From Eledone cirrhosa (Eukaryota), in assembly GCA_964016885.1 (NCBI GenBank), contig OZ024743.1:41726001-41790000 (forward strand): DNA of 64,000 nt. The letters run 5' to 3'. The notes under the pieces are model-generated. The model made no database searches and had not been told where the DNA came from. It saw only the letters and a program-made list of their open reading frames with translations. The position numbers and the translations under genes were made by a program. Within the stretch, counting starts at the first letter, position 1. The number at the start of each line of letters is the position of its first letter. Below, in pieces: positions 59,442 to 64,000 of the stretch.

Positions 59442-62400
59442 TTGTTTATTAATGACCAAGCGACAGGCATCCGTTACCTCGTGGATACAGGAGCCCAGGT
59501 TAGTGTTATTCCTGTTTTCACTAATCTCGGGAAAAAGACACTCATCACCGTCCTTTCTGCAGGCAGTGAACCAATCGTCAATTCCAACTTTCGGAGAAAA
59601 ATCACTGACCCTCAATATAGGCTTGAGGCGCCGTTTTCAATGGTGTTCGTCGTGGCAGACCTGCGGACCCCTATCCTAGGAGCCGATTTTCTCTACCACT
59701 TCAACCTTCTGGTGGATATGAAGAACCGGAGGCTTATTGACACCACCACAAACCTCAATGTGAGAGGTATATTTACCACGCAATCCACAGAGAGCCCTGT
59801 AATTTGCCAGTCAGAGCCTTCGCGTTACAACGGCATTCTCCAGAAATACCCAGACATCACTCGCCCGGTATTTAAGGATGGACCTATTAAGCATAGTGTA
59901 ACACGCCACATCGAGACAAGAGGACCACCCACAGCTGCCCGAACAAGGAGACTGCCTCCAGACCGATTGAGAATCGCCAAACAGGAGTTTCAGCACATGC
60001 TGGACCTCGGAATTATTGACCCTTCCTCCCGCAACTGGGCTGCTCCCTACACCTTGTTCCTAAAAAAAACGAGAATGATTGGCGACCATGTGAGGTTTAT
60101 CGTGCACTTAACAACTCTACAGTACCCGATAATTAACCTGTACCTCACCTGGACGACTTTTCTGCCTCTCTGCATGGCGCACGCACCTTTTCAAAGATAG
60201 ATTTGGTGCGTGCATATAACCAGATATCTATGGAGCCTGCAGATATTCCGAAGACCGCAATCACAACACCGTTCGGTTTATTCGAAATCCTGCGAATGCC
60301 GTTCGGTCTCCGCAACGCTGCACACACTTTTCAGCTGTTTATTGACTCCTTGTTACGTGACCTACCCTTCGTATACGCGTATATTTACGACGTGCTGGTA
60401 GCAAGTACTTCCGAGCAAGAACACGAGAACCACTTAGATCTCCTTTTCCAACGTTTGGCTGAGTACGGTATCATCATCAACCCCAGCAGGTGCCTTCTTG
60501 GCATTCCTTCACTGTCTTTTCTCGGGCACATCATTGATAAAGACGGCATTCGTCCAATTCCCGAGAAAGTAGAAGCTATCCGCAGTTTTCCCGCACCTAC
60601 ATCATTTCGGAAACTGCGTGAATTCTTCGGTCTGGTGAATTTTTATAGGCGTTTCATCCCTCATTGTTCCGACGCAACCAGACTCCTTACGGACCTTCTT
60701 CGTAACCGGACTCGCAAAAACGAAGAGATCACTCTAAACGGGGAAGAATTAACATCTTCTAACCGCCTGAAGGAAATGTTGGCAAACGCTTCCTTGCTGG
60801 TTTTCTCCAGGTCTTGTGCTCCTCTTTCGCTGCTAGTGGACGCATCAGACACGGGGATTGGAGGCGTGTTACAACAACATGTCGACGGCGTTTGGCAATC
60901 CTTATCCTTCTTTTCTAAGCGGTTGCAGCCTGCAGAAACGAAATAAAGAACGTTTGGCCGCGAACTCTTGGCAACCTACCTTTCGGTTAAGCATTCTCCG
61001 CATATGCTCGAAGGGTCGGATTTCCTGATCTACACGGACCATAAGCCACTAGTTTATGCGTTCCGTACCAAACCTGATCGACATTCACCGAGAGAACTCC
61101 GACACCTGGATTTTGTCTCCCAATATTCAACTGATATTTGGCATATCAAGAGATCAGACAACGTAGCAGCCGACGCCCTGTCCCGAATCCAGCTGAACGC
61201 AATACATGTGCATTCAGACATCGACCTCCAACAGATCGCAGCTGACCAAAAGACTGACGAAGAGTTTATCAAGCTCCGAGATTCGCCATCCCTCAAGTTT
61301 CAGCAAGTTCCCACTCCTTCTTCTCCGGGACAAATTTGGTGCGACCTTTCTACCGGTCATGAACGACCGTACGTACCACAGATGAATCGTCGACAAGCTT
61401 TTTCTGCTTTACACTGCCTGCCTCACCCGGGAATCCGGGCTACACATAAACTCATCTCTGCTCGTTTTGTGTGAACTAACATTAACAAGGACGTGCGTGA
61501 CTGGTCCAGGAGCTGCATTGCCTGCCAGAAAGCCAAAGTCCACAGGCACATCAAAACTCCACTCGGCACATTCGCGCAACCTGATGCACGTTTTCATCAT
61601 GTGCATATCCACATCGTCGGACCTCTAGCACCACCACAGAAGTACACACACTTGCTTACCTGCATAGATCGATTTTCCCGTTGGCCCGAGGCTTTTCCCA
61701 TAAATGATACCTCAGCGGAAACAGTCGCTAAAACTGTTGTTTTACACTGGGTATCACGTTATGGCGCCCCAGCGAAGATAACAACGGACAGAGAACGCTA
61801 GTTTGACTCCCACCTCTTCAGGGAACTGACTTGCCTGTTAGGATGTAAACACATCCGCACGACAGCTTATCACCCGCAAGCTAATGGTCTTGTGGAAAGA
61901 TTCCATCGCCAATTGAAAGCCGCAATAAAAGCATATCCAGACAAGAGCCACTGGTTTGAATACCTGCCACTCATCCTTCTGGGCATTCGATCCACCGTTA
62001 AGGAGGAATTCGGACACACACCTGCAGAATTAGTGTACGGCACCACCCTGCTTCTACCTGGTCAGTTGGTTGCTCCCATCTCTCCTCAGAATGTTCCAGA
62101 CCCAGGATCATACGTACACCGTCTTCGACAATATATGTCTCACCTTGCTCCTGCAAGCAACCGTCAACAGAACATGGCCACACACGTACCTTCAGACATT
62201 AAAGATTGGGCACACGTTTTCGTTCGAAACGACACCATCTCAGCTCATCTTCGACCTCCATATTCTGGCCCTTATCGTGTTCTAAAAAATATCCGAAATA
62301 TTTTATTCTCGATCTAGATGGTAAACCGAATTCTGTCAGCGTGGACAGATTAAAAATAGCCATCATGGATACTGTTACAGTCTCTACACCAGAAACTCCA

Positions 62401-62505
62401 ACAGATTGCTGTCCCAGCAAGCCACCTGTTTCATCTCCAGTCACGAGAAGTGGACGACGTGTCCATTGGCCCGCAAAGTTGGCACAATATGTGAATTACC
62501 GTTAA
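59442..62505 (+). pseudogene. Gypsy pol pseudogene (protease, RT, RNase H, integrase)
   Basis: [35 protein letters not shown] (mutated YIDD), LVDAS, YTDHKPL, H..HPG...[39 protein letters not shown]; stops at about 60946, 61474, 61801 and frameshifts. Confidence 0.92.
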
Positions 62506-63410
62506 AAACAAGTGAATTTCTTAATCATTCTTCTTGCAAAACATTCCCATTCCCTTGTGTTTACTATTTCCAGTTTCAAATACAATGAACATTCTGCTTG
62601 AACAATTGCAATTTTTAGTGACCATGTGCTCATTTCACGAAGAACATTATTTATTATGAACATTACCTATTACAAACACTATTTAAGAACAAACATTGTG
62701 TATAGCATTGTGTATAACATTTTTTTCTTCTCTTGTTTTTTAAAAAAAATTATGTTTCTTGTTCTGTAACATGGATTGAGTAATTGCCATAATTTTTATA
62801 TACATACAAGGCATATTCTGTTTGTCATGAACACTACAAAACCACGTTTGTTTCAACGTTTGGTTCATACACTGAGCAATAGATATTTGTGTCCCTCTAA
62901 CTCTTACCCTACAACATGTTTTCTCTTTGATCACGCATTTCACAAATCGCATCCTCAAAACACTGGGCTTCTTTTTTCACGGACACATTCACTCAATATC
63001 TCGAGAATGCCTCGCTATTTTTTACCACAAGCATTCACTCAAGGATATGCTGTGGAGCAAACTGTTACTTTTAGGCAGCATGCTTACGGCCATTCAGTTC
63101 ACACATTACGGTTATCTTCACTGCCCAGTTAGAATTTTTGTCACGCAATTCACAGGCAGCTCAACCCAAATTGCAACAGGCTCATTCATCACGCCTGCAT
63201 AAATCTGGCCAAAGTTATTTTATAGTTTATTTCTTTTTTCTCTTCCTGACACACGCATCTTGCCATATCATCTCTACATCGACTCTGTCGTATACTCAAT
63301 GATCACAAACTTTTACAACGTGCTGGACATTACTTGGGATATTGTCATGACATATCCACCACTGGCCTATTACTATAAGACATTTCGCTCTTTTGATGTA
63401 CAAAAGATCT

Positions 63411-63420
63411 GGCAGGGGGT
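63411..63420 (+). promoter_or_regulatory. Polypurine tract
   Basis: ggcagggggt just upstream of the 3' LTR. Confidence 0.75.
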
Positions 63421-63423
63421 TAA

Positions 63424-63905
63424 TGTACAGCCACCGGAAATAACATCTGTGAAATATACAGCTCCATCTATCTGTTAGCTAGCTACCTCACCGTGAAACA
63501 AACAACCCTTAATAACACCACCAGAATAAACGCCTACGCTGCGACTAAACATCAAACGATTATTTCTGTCTAAATAGAGTGATTCCAAACACTTTCGCCA
63601 GTCGTCCTTTGGCAGAGTCAGCTAGCGTATCGTTGTTCCTATCATCTGCCACATTTGTCACTCACACACGCCTTGTACCTTGTATCGTCGATTCATGTGA
63701 AAATGAATAGCTGATCGAAACTACATCTCTCGCCTTGCTTCGTCCTTTCAACTTGTACTTTCGTCTGTTCATCCTTACCGTATGTGACAACAGTTCTTTT
63801 AAGGGCTATCTTCAGATACGATCAGACCGTATGCGATAACAGACCTTTTAAGCGCTAATCTCGGACCTGATCGGAAGTAGTGACCAGACTGACCAACCAC
63901 GTGGC

Positions 63906-63909
<4 letters not shown>
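63424..63909 (+). repeat. 3' LTR (486 bp)
   Basis: tgtacagccacc...ccacgtggctaca followed by (TA)n. Confidence 0.93.

Positions 63910-64000
<91 letters not shown>

Larger units (their letters stand above)
58568..63909 (+). mobile_element. Decayed Ty3/Gypsy LTR retrotransposon, CsRn1/Boudicca-like, inserted in (TA)n
   Basis: Two TG...CA LTRs, tRNA-Trp PBS, PPT, domain order PR-RT-RH-IN, and a degenerate CHCC Gag motif (CWYRANFGAQASKCKAP). Confidence 0.93.

Overview
AT-rich eukaryotic (metazoan) intergenic/intronic DNA dense in (TA)n, (CA)n, (TAA)n and (GA)n microsatellites. I found no host protein-coding exon, rRNA, tRNA gene or CRISPR array. The repeat spectrum (Meta-core tRNA-derived SINEs, RTE, R4/Dong, Tx1 and Penelope elements in TA tracts) resembles a coleoid cephalopod such as octopus; this is inference only. 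Main contents: (i) a near-identical 1,902-bp tandem duplication near the start; (ii) two decayed Penelope-like elements (PLEs) and many non-coding PLE-derived fold-back or tandem elements, several with recognisable hammerhead-ribozyme (HHR) cores; (iii) a near-full-length but disrupted RTE LINE; (iv) a 13-kb nest of R4/Dong LINEs in (TAA)n tracts, one with an intact 1,130-aa RT-RLE ORF, plus a Tx1/L1-clade element; (v) a decayed CsRn1-like Ty3/Gypsy LTR element with both LTRs, tRNA-Trp PBS and PPT, inserted in (TA)n. The most interesting signals are ribozyme-linked: a 1.94-kb non-coding element whose repeat starts exactly at a predicted hammerhead cleavage site, fold-backs whose symmetry axis sits on hammerhead stem-loop II, and an HDV-like pseudoknot candidate at the 5' end of an RTE remnant. 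All structures were folded by eye and need computational and experimental checks; coordinates of decayed elements are approximate.
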